A stretch of DNA of 54,206 bases from a virus (lineage: Duplodnaviria > Caudoviricetes). Shown here one piece after another: positions 1 to 7,792 of this stretch. Position 1 is the stretch's first letter; every line of letters begins with the position of its first letter. A program made the position numbers and the translations under genes. The notes below the pieces were generated by a model. It searched no databases. It had not been told where the DNA came from and was given only the letters and a program-made list of their open reading frames with translations. The stretch is taken from positions 1 through 54,206 of IMG/VR virus record IMGVR_UViG_3300023174_000215, one strand, 5' to 3'.

Positions 1-73
1 TACAGAGACAGCTATATAAGCTTAAAGATAAATATCAACTGTCCAACACAAACTCCCTGCCCGTGTCAAATCC

Positions 74-93
74 TGTGGATAAAGTTATCCACA
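74..93. promoter_or_regulatory. Inverted pair of consensus DnaA boxes
   Basis: TGTGGATAA (74-82) + AG + TTATCCACA (85-93); both are perfect TTATCCACA boxes. Confidence 0.75.
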
Positions 94-360
94 GCCCATT
101 TGCGAGCGCAAATGTCGATAAATCGCTATGTCGGCAAGAGAGTTCGGCTACTGTCACAGCCTGTACTAGCCTGAGTAGAGATACGCCCAGCTTTACAGAG
201 TTGCTTGGTTGGTGGTATGCGATACGAAGAGAGAGCCTGATAGGGCTAGAGAGAGCCTATGAAGAGAGACCTCACCTTTTATCTATCCCTCTCCTCTCTT
301 CCTCTCTCTATTAGTACTAAGAAGGGAGATTGTTTCGCCCGAAAAATTACAGGGGGGGGG

Positions 361-380
361 TGTGGATAACTTTGTCCACA
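361..380. promoter_or_regulatory. Second inverted pair of DnaA boxes
   Basis: TGTGGATAA (361-369) + CT + TTGTCCACA (372-380, actinobacterial-type box); same 2-bp spacing as the first pair. Confidence 0.75.
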
Positions 381-384
381 GGTA

Positions 385-414
385 TTGAATAGGGGGTAGC
401 GGGGTGGTTACGCT
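385..414 (+). promoter_or_regulatory. SigA/sigma70-type promoter for the early operon
   Basis: TTGAAT (385-390), 18 bp, TACGCT (409-414); RBS GAAAGG at 432-437 before ATG 444. Confidence 0.55.
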
Positions 415-443
415 TAGGGAACACCTACTACGAAAGGCACACA

Positions 444-638
444 ATGAAGACTTACCGCATTAGTTACTATGAAGAAGATAGTGGCTATATTTACTTTGAC
501 GCCCCAAATCTATCAGATGCAGAGGGCTTGCTAGAACAGTTGCAGAACGGCGAGATTGACTATGAAGAACTCACCAACGCCTTTAGAAAATCTCGCAACG
601 GACAGAACGAGTTCGACTCATTAGAGGAGGTCAAATAA
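444..638 (+). CDS. Small acidic early protein
   Basis: ORF with RBS GAAAGG; first gene of a tightly packed run. Confidence 0.8.
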   Translation: MKTYRISYYEEDSGYIYFDAPNLSDAEGLLEQLQNGEIDYEELTNAFRKSRNGQNEFDSLEEVK

Positions 639-639
639 A

Positions 640-765
640 ATGAATAGCGTTTGCTGTAACTATCAACAAAGCGAAGCATTTTGCGTGATACACAAGACCA
701 AGCCCTGCATTGGAGTTACTTGTAACTTTTGCGGTGCGACTACATGGACGGAAGAAGGTTACTAA
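640..765 (+). CDS. Cys-rich 41-aa protein (not in ORF track)
   Basis: MNSVCCNYQQ...CNFCGATTWTEEGY; RBS GGAGG; fills the gap between neighbours. Confidence 0.6.
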   Translation: MNSVCCNYQQSEAFCVIHKTKPCIGVTCNFCGATTWTEEGY

Positions 766-766
766 G

Positions 767-1168
767 ATGGGTTACTCACATTATTACCAGCAGGGTTCTA
801 TCCCCAGCCAAGCTTTGTTCAATAACTTTACCTCTCATGTTTCAGAGATTATAGAGATGGCTTGGGATATTGAATTAGATGTATCTATCTCCCCCGATTT
901 TTTAGATATTAATGGGGTTGGCGCAGAGTCACATGAGAACTTCATTATCAACAGGCAAGACCTTTCATGGAACTTTTGCAAGACTAACTTCAAGCCATAT
1001 GACGCAGTTGTAACGGCTGTACTCATCTTGGCACGGTACACCTTCCCTGACTTTCACCTATCCTCAGATGGGGATTGGAAAGAGTGGGAAGACGGGCAGG
1101 ATTTATTCTCCCGCGTTATGTTCCTTGAACCCGCAGAGGCAACCGTCTTTGGCATGGCAACAGTATGA
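767..1168 (+). CDS. Phage hypothetical protein (MGYSHY...FCKT..KPYD..SSDG type)
   Basis: Start moved to ATG 767 after GAAGG; motif pattern recalled from phage hypotheticals. Confidence 0.75.
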   Translation: MGYSHYYQQGSIPSQALFNNFTSHVSEIIEMAWDIELDVSISPDFLDINGVGAESHENFIINRQDLSWNFCKTNFKPYDAVVTAVLILARYTFPDFHLSSDGDWKEWEDGQDLFSRVMFLEPAEATVFGMATV

Positions 1169-1270
1169 CCACCTATGAGTGTGCCTATTGTGGGTGGACA
1201 GATACTTCTGACTTCTTTTGGTATCACGCAGGGCATAACTATTGCTCCCTTCACAAGGAGGGCAAGACAC

Positions 1271-1411
1271 ATGAGCAGTAAAAAGCTTGAAATCAGATTA
1301 GTTGATATTGAGACTGGACAGGTCATGGCTCAATATGTCGGCACGAACGCGAGTGCTAAACGCATGATTAAAGAGTACGCAATATACGGATACTACTTGG
1401 AGGCACGATGA
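1271..1411 (+). CDS. Small hypothetical protein
   Basis: AAGGAGG precedes ATG 1271 (MSSKKLEI); ATGA overlap with next gene. Confidence 0.7.
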   Translation: MSSKKLEIRLVDIETGQVMAQYVGTNASAKRMIKEYAIYGYYLEAR

Positions 1412-1695
1412 ACATTAAAGAGTTACATGCAGAGATTACCACCTATACCAAGACTAGTAATAGGGTTGGCTTTGTAGACCTTATTGCTTATGACTACTTA
1501 GTTGAGTTCTTAAATGAACCTGAGAGTTATGGCAAAGTTATTAAGCCCGAAATCTCAATAGATGAGGTGTGGGCTCGGGTCATTGAGACCAGCGCACCTT
1601 TTAGTATGGAGTGGGGCTATGACGCATTAAATGAGTACATACAAGACTGGCTCACCGCACAGAAACTTTGGTCAGAGGAGGGTGAAGATGAATAA
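1408..1695 (+). CDS. Hypothetical acidic protein
   Basis: RBS GGAGG, overlapping start/stop. Confidence 0.8.
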   Translation: MNIKELHAEITTYTKTSNRVGFVDLIAYDYLVEFLNEPESYGKVIKPEISIDEVWARVIETSAPFSMEWGYDALNEYIQDWLTAQKLWSEEGEDE

Positions 1696-1837
1696 GTTAT
1701 ACACCATAGATGAGTTAGTTACTGCTATTTATGAAGACAACCTTAAACACTTTGACGGAAATTGGGAAGCCTCCGAAGATTGTGACTGCCATATTCATAC
1801 CACTATTAAAACTATCATAAAGTATTGGGGCGAATAA
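1688..1837 (+). CDS. Small hypothetical protein
   Basis: Start moved to ATG 1688 (MNKLYTIDE) after GAGGAGG. Confidence 0.7.
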   Translation: MNKLYTIDELVTAIYEDNLKHFDGNWEASEDCDCHIHTTIKTIIKYWGE

Positions 1838-1959
1838 AATGACACACAAGCATAGTTTTACCTACGGAGATGTTCCCGCGCTTGGAGAGTGTAAATGTGG
1901 GGCGTACAGAGTATGGCATAGACAAACTCAAACCTACCAAGAATATGAGGCAGAATAAG

Positions 1960-2244
1960 ATGAGTAATGACCCTTGCTTAGATTGTGGTAATCCTACTTT
2001 AGGAGTTATGACTATGGCTGACGGCTCAACCGTAGGCGTAGGCATTAACAGGCTTAGCTGTGATGATGGCTGGCGTTGTGGAGAGTGCGCTGGATATGAG
2101 TGTGATGGGTGTGAAAAGAATATCTACTTAGATGAAGAGATAACGATTGACATGGGTGAGTTTGGAAACAACCGCTATCACTATGAGTGCTTAACACCTG
2201 AACTAAAACTACTAGCGATTAAACAGGGAGAGATTGATGAGTAA
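1960..2244 (+). CDS. Cys-rich putative Zn-binding protein
   Basis: Three CxxC plus HYEC; probable start ATG 1960 after GAGG. Confidence 0.7.
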   Translation: MSNDPCLDCGNPTLGVMTMADGSTVGVGINRLSCDDGWRCGECAGYECDGCEKNIYLDEEITIDMGEFGNNRYHYECLTPELKLLAIKQGEIDE

Positions 2245-2398
2245 GTATTTTTTTACAGCAGATGGAACTTTTGGGTCAGCGTGTGCAGGTGACTTTGAGG
2301 TCATTGACACTACTCATTGGACGGAAGCGGATTGGCAAACTATTGAGGAAGCGGGAGATAACGACCGCTTAGACCTAGCAAGGGAGTTAATTAAATGA
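2237..2398 (+). CDS. Acidic 53-aa protein (not in ORF track)
   Basis: MSKYFFTADGTFGS...LARELIK; RBS GGGAG; overlaps both neighbours. Confidence 0.7.
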   Translation: MSKYFFTADGTFGSACAGDFEVIDTTHWTEADWQTIEEAGDNDRLDLARELIK

Positions 2399-2649
2399 GT
2401 GAATACATAGCAGTAAAAGGATTGGGCGACACCATTACTTGTGATGAGTGCAACGACATAGCTGAGGATTGGTTCACGGGTGACTCTCGCGCTATATGCC
2501 AAGCTTGTTACAGTCAAATGCCTATGAGTTGGTCAGAGGTTGCAGACCTCACTCATGTTACGCAGGTTGAACGCTTTGGTTGGTGCAGTTGCGAAGATGC
2601 AGAGCCACACGAATACCCATACGCGGATTGTATTAAGGAGAATATGTAA
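2395..2649 (+). CDS. Cys-rich hypothetical protein
   Basis: CxxC x2, CSC; ATGA coupling. Confidence 0.75.
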   Translation: MSEYIAVKGLGDTITCDECNDIAEDWFTGDSRAICQACYSQMPMSWSEVADLTHVTQVERFGWCSCEDAEPHEYPYADCIKENM

Positions 2650-2855
2650 TGGCACAAGGATATAAAGGTAGTTTGTCGTTTAATGAGTTATGCCAGTACA
2701 TATATGAAGGCTTTGGTCAATGGGCTGTGTACAGCTTAGTAGCAGACAGACAAAGAGAAGGTTATCTATCTGATGTTGAGTGGAGAGATTGCTTAGGGTG
2801 CGAAGACCGCACTCCTCATCATGCAAACTCATGTTTAATATGCGGAGGAAACTGA
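2649..2855 (+). CDS. Hypothetical protein with C-terminal Zn ribbon
   Basis: AAGGAG RBS, TAATG coupling, CxxC..CxxC. Confidence 0.75.
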   Translation: MAQGYKGSLSFNELCQYIYEGFGQWAVYSLVADRQREGYLSDVEWRDCLGCEDRTPHHANSCLICGGN

Positions 2856-3064
2856 TGAATAAGCTTCCTACACGAATAAATGTAATGAGAGTTGTTAGTT
2901 ATAGTGTGCCTGACATCATTGAAGATATAAAAGAAAATGAACCTGATGCTGAGATTACTACTGAGTCTATTTTAGATTACATACAGGATTGGGTGGCTGA
3001 TGATTTTGGAGTGGGTTTTACTAAAACGCTTATTTATCAAGATGAAAATGGAGAAGATTTATGA
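2855..3064 (+). CDS. Acidic hypothetical protein
   Basis: TGATG coupling at 2855 (MNKLPTRIN), RBS GGAGG. Confidence 0.75.
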   Translation: MNKLPTRINVMRVVSYSVPDIIEDIKENEPDAEITTESILDYIQDWVADDFGVGFTKTLIYQDENGEDL

Positions 3065-3144
3065 GTAAAAAGTTGATATGCCCATGGTGCTTAGACAATA
3101 CTAAGTCTTGTAATGCTTGTGATGATAGTTATGAGGGAGAATAA
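3061..3144 (+). CDS. 27-aa CxxC..CxxC peptide (not in ORF track)
   Basis: MSKKLICPWCLDNTKSCNACDDSYEGE; coupled to both neighbours. Confidence 0.55.
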   Translation: MSKKLICPWCLDNTKSCNACDDSYEGE

Positions 3145-3341
3145 TGGGTAATTTAGGAGAAGTTTTACAAGAAGAACATGACGGCTGGAAATGTGAGAGT
3201 TGTGGCTCGGATTGGATTAGGTATGAGCACTTAGATTACAAAGACTGTGATGAGTTTAATTGTGAAGACCCATGCTTAGAGCGTTGCTGTAACGAAGAGA
3301 ACTGTGCGGGCGTGGCTATATACAAAGGAGAAGGATTATGA
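3144..3341 (+). CDS. Cys-rich acidic hypothetical protein
   Basis: TAATG coupling, RBS GAGGGAG. Confidence 0.7.
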   Translation: MGNLGEVLQEEHDGWKCESCGSDWIRYEHLDYKDCDEFNCEDPCLERCCNEENCAGVAIYKGEGL

Positions 3342-3457
3342 AGTACACAATAACAGCTGAGGTAGACCAACAATGGTTTGATATCTTGGGTCAGATTACT
3401 AAGCACCAAGACGGTTTTGTATGGATAGAAGTAAAAGAGGGGGAGAGTAATGAATAA
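3338..3457 (+). CDS. 39-aa protein (not in ORF track)
   Basis: MKYTITAEVDQQWFD...; AAGGAG upstream, ATGA overlap. Confidence 0.6.
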   Translation: MKYTITAEVDQQWFDILGQITKHQDGFVWIEVKEGESNE

Positions 3458-3656
3458 AGAATTGCATTATGTAGTTAAGTACAACTTAGAGTCTAAAAGT
3501 TGGGAAATTGATTGGGATAGCATGGAGGTTCGTTTTACTGAGGGTAATTATTATGATGGTAATAGTGGCTGGTTTACTCTTCCCCCCGAATTAGAGGACA
3601 CAGTTATCCAAGAGTTAAATCAAAAGCTTGCCAACACAAACGCGGTGAGCGCATGA
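3450..3656 (+). CDS. Hypothetical protein
   Basis: RBS GAGGGGGAG; coupled ORF. Confidence 0.75.
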   Translation: MNKELHYVVKYNLESKSWEIDWDSMEVRFTEGNYYDGNSGWFTLPPELEDTVIQELNQKLANTNAVSA

Positions 3657-3898
3657 CAGTTATTAAGCCTATTGGTGTAACAGCTGTACTCAGATGGTTT
3701 GATATGCCTGAGGACTTAGTGTTTGAGGAGTACATCTCTTTTGGCAAGTACAACCCTGATGAAGAAAAAGATGGGCTTGGAGTGAACGATTTTGAGATAT
3801 TTGCTTATGCAGATAGTATCGAACACTTAGAGCAGATGAAGTACACGAACGATTATGATTGGCGTCTAGTAGAAATAAAAGAGGTTCACTATGAGTAA
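3653..3898 (+). CDS. Hypothetical acidic protein
   Basis: ATGA overlap. Confidence 0.75.
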   Translation: MTVIKPIGVTAVLRWFDMPEDLVFEEYISFGKYNPDEEKDGLGVNDFEIFAYADSIEHLEQMKYTNDYDWRLVEIKEVHYE

Positions 3899-4070
3899 AG
3901 CAGAAGACATGGCAGAGAAAGAAAAACGGTTGTTCTTGGCTAGTGTTGAGCAAGTACGAAGCTTGTTAGTAAAGAAGAAAGCAACAGATTTAGAAGATAT
4001 GTTGCTGGGTGGATTTGAGAACGGCATACTATTTGCATCATTACCCGCACACTTAAACGGAAGAGGATAA
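3891..4070 (+). CDS. 59-aa protein (not in ORF track)
   Basis: MSKAEDMAEKEKRLF...; RBS GAGG; stops just before the protease start. Confidence 0.7.
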   Translation: MSKAEDMAEKEKRLFLASVEQVRSLLVKKKATDLEDMLLGGFENGILFASLPAHLNGRG

Positions 4071-4071
4071 A

Positions 4072-4968
4072 GTGAAGAGAGTTCTAATTGCATTACTATC
4101 AGTCTTAGTATTGGGCATTACTCCAGTACACGCAGAGACACCACCAACCTTAGTTCTTATTGATAACGGGGTTAATACAAGTCTTTTCCCCAATATCGTC
4201 TATGAAGTCTGTACAGTAGAGGGAGGTGCTGGCGTATGTCCTAATAAGAAGAGTTTTATGGAAGGTACTGGCTCAGCTAACCTACCCGCAACTAAGAACG
4301 CTGCCTTTAGTCATGGTACTCAGATGTTATCTATCATTACTAAGGTCAGTCCAAGCGCAAAAGTTATTCCTATTAGAATTGTGGGCATGACAGATGCGGG
4401 CAACCCGTATATCTATTCTCTTGATGCAGTTAAGTCTGCACTAGACTGGGTAGTGGCTAACCGAGTTAAGTTCAACATCTCAGTAGTCAGCTTATCTCAG
4501 GGAAGAGTCTTTGCTAATTGTAAGATGCCTGACGGCATGGCAACACTTCTTGCAACTCTTAAAGCCAACAATGTACAGGTTGTAGCATCAACGGGTAACG
4601 ATAGCAATAGAACGGCTATGTTCTCCCCTGCATGTTCACCTGATGTTATCTCTGTTGGTGGAACAGATAACCCTGCGGTTAAAGCTGGTGTAGCGTGGGA
4701 TAGTACTGCGACACCTTATATTGCCCGATACAGCAACGGTAATGCTCAGACTACACTTTATGCTAACGCTCGTTGGTTTGTAACTAACCTTGACGGCTCA
4801 ACTAAGTTTATGGTTGGTACTTCTAATGCAACAGCATCAGTAGCAAGTTGGGTGTTCTCAAATAAAAAAGGAGATTGGAACGCTACATATACTAATCTGA
4901 TTACAGCAGCATCAGGCACGGCAAGTAACGCGTGGTTGTCAGGTCGCTATCTCTTTATTGACAACTAA
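4072..4968 (+). CDS. Secreted subtilisin-like serine protease (S8/S53)
   Basis: Signal peptide ending VHA-E; triad motifs LIDNG, HGTQM, GTSNA; oxyanion STGND. Confidence 0.88.
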   Translation: MKRVLIALLSVLVLGITPVHAETPPTLVLIDNGVNTSLFPNIVYEVCTVEGGAGVCPNKKSFMEGTGSANLPATKNAAFSHGTQMLSIITKVSPSAKVIPIRIVGMTDAGNPYIYSLDAVKSALDWVVANRVKFNISVVSLSQGRVFANCKMPDGMATLLATLKANNVQVVASTGNDSNRTAMFSPACSPDVISVGGTDNPAVKAGVAWDSTATPYIARYSNGNAQTTLYANARWFVTNLDGSTKFMVGTSNATASVASWVFSNKKGDWNATYTNLITAASGTASNAWLSGRYLFIDN

Positions 4969-5014
4969 AGATTATCCATTAAACTAAATACACCTATAAA
5001 CAAGGAGCAAGTAG

Positions 5015-5311
5015 ATGGTAAAAAAAGTAAGCAAAGTCTTCAAGGCACACTTAACGAAGGCTGATATTAAAGGAGCAGCGTGGTCTGCGGTCACTCAGAC
5101 TTTCTTTGTAATGGCTGATAATGAATTAGCTTTAGACGAAGAGACCTACTCAGCATGGTCTAATGCCTCGGCTGGTAAGCGTGCTATTAAAGAAGAAGTA
5201 ATCAAATCAACTCCCCGCAAATCTGTGAAGATGGTTGCAGGAGAGAACCTTGATGCAAAAGGCAAGCCACTATCGTTCTACGGTGAGCTTAGTTACAAGG
5301 CAGAAGCATAA
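5015..5311 (+). CDS. Hypothetical basic protein
   Basis: AAGGAG RBS. Confidence 0.8.
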   Translation: MVKKVSKVFKAHLTKADIKGAAWSAVTQTFFVMADNELALDEETYSAWSNASAGKRAIKEEVIKSTPRKSVKMVAGENLDAKGKPLSFYGELSYKAEA

Positions 5312-5445
5312 TGGCTGGGTTCACAGGAGATATTATTCCGTCACCTGATTGGAACCCCAACAACGACCCAACTGCTATTCCCTATGAAGATGATGATGAT
5401 GAAGATGAAATCATTGAAGTAGATGACGAAGAGGAGTGGGACTAA
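5311..5445 (+). CDS. 44-aa very acidic protein (not in ORF track)
   Basis: MAGFTGDIIPSPDW...EDDDDEDEIIEVDDEEEWD; TAATG coupling. Confidence 0.65.
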   Translation: MAGFTGDIIPSPDWNPNNDPTAIPYEDDDDEDEIIEVDDEEEWD

Positions 5446-5449
5446 GTTT

Positions 5450-5556
5450 AGTTAAGAGGCGTCAAAGCGGGTTTTTTAATCGGGTAATCTCACTTTTCTC
5501 CCGCCAAGTTTGGTCATGATGGAGCCTTTCCCTAGCCAATACTGCGTCTCTTAACT
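5450..5556 (+). ncRNA. Candidate structured small RNA / 3-prime UTR element
   Basis: 13-bp closing stem AGTTAAGAGGCGT / GCGTCTCTTAACT with two G-U pairs; inner helices GCGGG/CCCGC and TTGGT/GCCAA. Confidence 0.4.
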
Positions 5557-5561
5557 TAAAT

Positions 5562-5597
5562 AAAGAAGCCCCTAGCTAATTAGCTAGGGGCTCTTTT
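5562..5597. terminator. Bidirectional intrinsic terminator at the strand-convergence point
   Basis: Perfect palindrome AGCCCCTAGCTA-AT-TAGCTAGGGGCT with A-rich and T-rich flanks. Confidence 0.85.
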
Positions 5598-5605
5598 ATG
5601 TAGTT

Positions 5606-7639
5606 TTATATGTTGTCTTTAATTAGTTTTACTTCACAGTAATCTGTGGTGCAGTATTGTTCTCCGATTGCATCACTAGCCATACCAGCATAGACACCAG
5701 CAAAGTCGATAGGGAAGAGAGTCATCTTGTACTCTTCATACTCTTCTTGAGTAATCTGAGTGTAGGGCATCTGAGGATAAACATGATTGCCTGACGGAAG
5801 AAACGAAACAGTCTTTAGCTGACCGTCGTACATATGAAGAGCGGTTCCAACATCTTTGCTTTCAGTCTCAGTATTAAATGAGATTGTTACAGAGACAGAG
5901 TTATCTGACCAGTAGCGTTGTGCTGTTGCAGCAAGCGCCATTTTTTCATAGATAGAAACTTCTTTCTCTGAACGAACAGCGTTGGACTCAACAGGAAAGA
6001 ACACTACTAAGGTTGTCTCAGGTGACTCACTCGCTGGTTCTACACGATAGTTAGCCATCTTAAAGAGAGGGAGCATTGGGTCAGAGTTAGCAAAACGAAT
6101 AGCACGAAGGAAGTGCTTACCGCCAACAGGCCAATGAACTCCAGGAGACTCTCCAGCTAAGATAGATACTGTGCCTGAAGGCTTAACAGTAGTCATTTTA
6201 ATAGACTCACGGATACCAAGCCACTCTGAATAAGACTTATCATAAGAGTTGATAGTTGCATATCCCTCGTCCATCCACTTACGAAGAACTGGTAATCCCT
6301 TATTATCTGCAAAGTTTGCAACGCCCGAAATTGATGTACCAATACGGCGGTTGCGTTGCATGATTGCGTTTGTCTCTTCCCAATGGGTAGGCAAGAGAGT
6401 AACAGTCTTAGCATAGAGATAAGCAAACTTGAGAGTGCGCTTGAAGTCATCTAAATTGTCATGACGATTGAGGTAAGTCTCTACCAATGTGCAGCACTCA
6501 AAGCTTTCTAATGATTGCTCAGCACATGGGTTGTATCCTGCAATACGCCAATCCTTGTTGTTCTCAGGGTCAGCAAGGCGACCATACTTCTTAGATACAT
6601 CCATCCAAATAACTCCTGGCTCACCATTACGGGCGATTCCATCCACGATTGCAGATAGGTCATCGCCCACATTTACTGATACAGAGTTGTTACTCATCCA
6701 AGCCCAACCTGGGCTCTTAGCATCATATGAATTACGGGCGGGAAATCTTTCAGGGTTCTTTAGATTAAGGAAGTCTTGGTCATCCAAGCGACCCATTAAG
6801 AGTTCAGCAGAACGACGAACGTTGCCACTAACGACGCACACACCGATAAGATTACCGAGGTCAGCAATATCCACACGACTAAGCTTTTCACCTGCACGTC
6901 CTCCAAAGATTCTATTAACATGACCGTGTAAACGGATTAAAGGTTCTGCTCCTGCTGCTGTACCACCAAATGTTTTGATTGGTTCGCCCGCTGGACGGAT
7001 TCCTTTGTAATCAAATACTGGAGCTTTCGTATCTGGTCTGAGGTAGGAATTGATGAGGGCTGCGGTGCTCTCGACCCAGCCTTCTCGGGTGTCGGGGATG
7101 ACATATGGTTCTCCTTGTAATGGTTCATAAATATTAAAATCTTTATCGGCGCCTTTATCGTCAAAGCCAACTCCCACGCCAAGCATGGAGGCTTCCATTA
7201 AGAAAGCAAAAGGCTTAGCTGGGTCAGTCTTGGTCATAGAACCCGTCGACACAAACGCACAGTTCTGCAAAGCAGCAGAGTTCTTCTGCTCATTTACTAG
7301 GGGCGTTCCCATTACCCATAGACCTCTACCTGGTGGTGTCCACTTTAACTGGAACAAACGGTCAAAAGCTTCTTTAGCTGAGGCTTGAGCCTTGGCATCA
7401 TTCCACGGAAGTCGGTTGGATTTAGCGTGGTCTTTCTGCAACGAGTACATGCCATTGATGACCCGCTCACATACATCGACCCAAGTCTCCTTGGTTCCAT
7501 CTTCTTTAAGTCTTGAATAGGTACGAAGGAAGGTTATCTCCCCCACCGAATTACCTGCCGCATCTTGATATCCCCAAGGAACTTTCTTCTCTCGATATGT
7601 GCTAAGAAAGTCTTCTGCCAAACGAAACGACAAGGCCAT
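5606..7639 (-). CDS. nrdJ: Class II (adenosylcobalamin-dependent) ribonucleotide reductase, RTPR-like
   Basis: PPGRGLW, LQNCAF, SGNVRRSA, NPCAEQ, KPSGTVS, C-terminal CxxxxC; no beta subunit adjacent. Confidence 0.95.
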   Translation of the reverse strand: MALSFRLAEDFLSTYREKKVPWGYQDAAGNSVGEITFLRTYSRLKEDGTKETWVDVCERVINGMYSLQKDHAKSNRLPWNDAKAQASAKEAFDRLFQLKWTPPGRGLWVMGTPLVNEQKNSAALQNCAFVSTGSMTKTDPAKPFAFLMEASMLGVGVGFDDKGADKDFNIYEPLQGEPYVIPDTREGWVESTAALINSYLRPDTKAPVFDYKGIRPAGEPIKTFGGTAAGAEPLIRLHGHVNRIFGGRAGEKLSRVDIADLGNLIGVCVVSGNVRRSAELLMGRLDDQDFLNLKNPERFPARNSYDAKSPGWAWMSNNSVSVNVGDDLSAIVDGIARNGEPGVIWMDVSKKYGRLADPENNKDWRIAGYNPCAEQSLESFECCTLVETYLNRHDNLDDFKRTLKFAYLYAKTVTLLPTHWEETNAIMQRNRRIGTSISGVANFADNKGLPVLRKWMDEGYATINSYDKSYSEWLGIRESIKMTTVKPSGTVSILAGESPGVHWPVGGKHFLRAIRFANSDPMLPLFKMANYRVEPASESPETTLVVFFPVESNAVRSEKEVSIYEKMALAATAQRYWSDNSVSVTISFNTETESKDVGTALHMYDGQLKTVSFLPSGNHVYPQMPYTQITQEEYEEYKMTLFPIDFAGVYAGMASDAIGEQYCTTDYCEVKLIKDNI

Positions 7640-7755
7640 TTTTCCTTCTCTCTATTAAATAATCGTCTCCAAAAATCGGAGAGGTTGATAGTGTAACTGA
7701 CCTGACCCTAATCTACAGGCCCACCACTTTGCAACTCTAGGGAGTACACCTGTTC

Positions 7756-7782
7756 ATGCGATAAATCACACTCTTATCGCAT
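7756..7782. promoter_or_regulatory. 9-bp inverted repeat upstream of nrdJ (operator or weak terminator)
   Basis: ATGCGATAA-N9-TTATCGCAT. Confidence 0.4.
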
Positions 7783-7792
7783 ACAAGTTTTG

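Noticed and set aside
63-314. 83-aa ORF in the ORF track
   Set aside because: GTG start without an RBS, runs through DnaA boxes and low-complexity tracts; more likely non-coding
7640-7792. Cobalamin riboswitch or NrdR box upstream of nrdJ
   Set aside because: No B12-box or NrdR consensus recognised and the probable leader is too short
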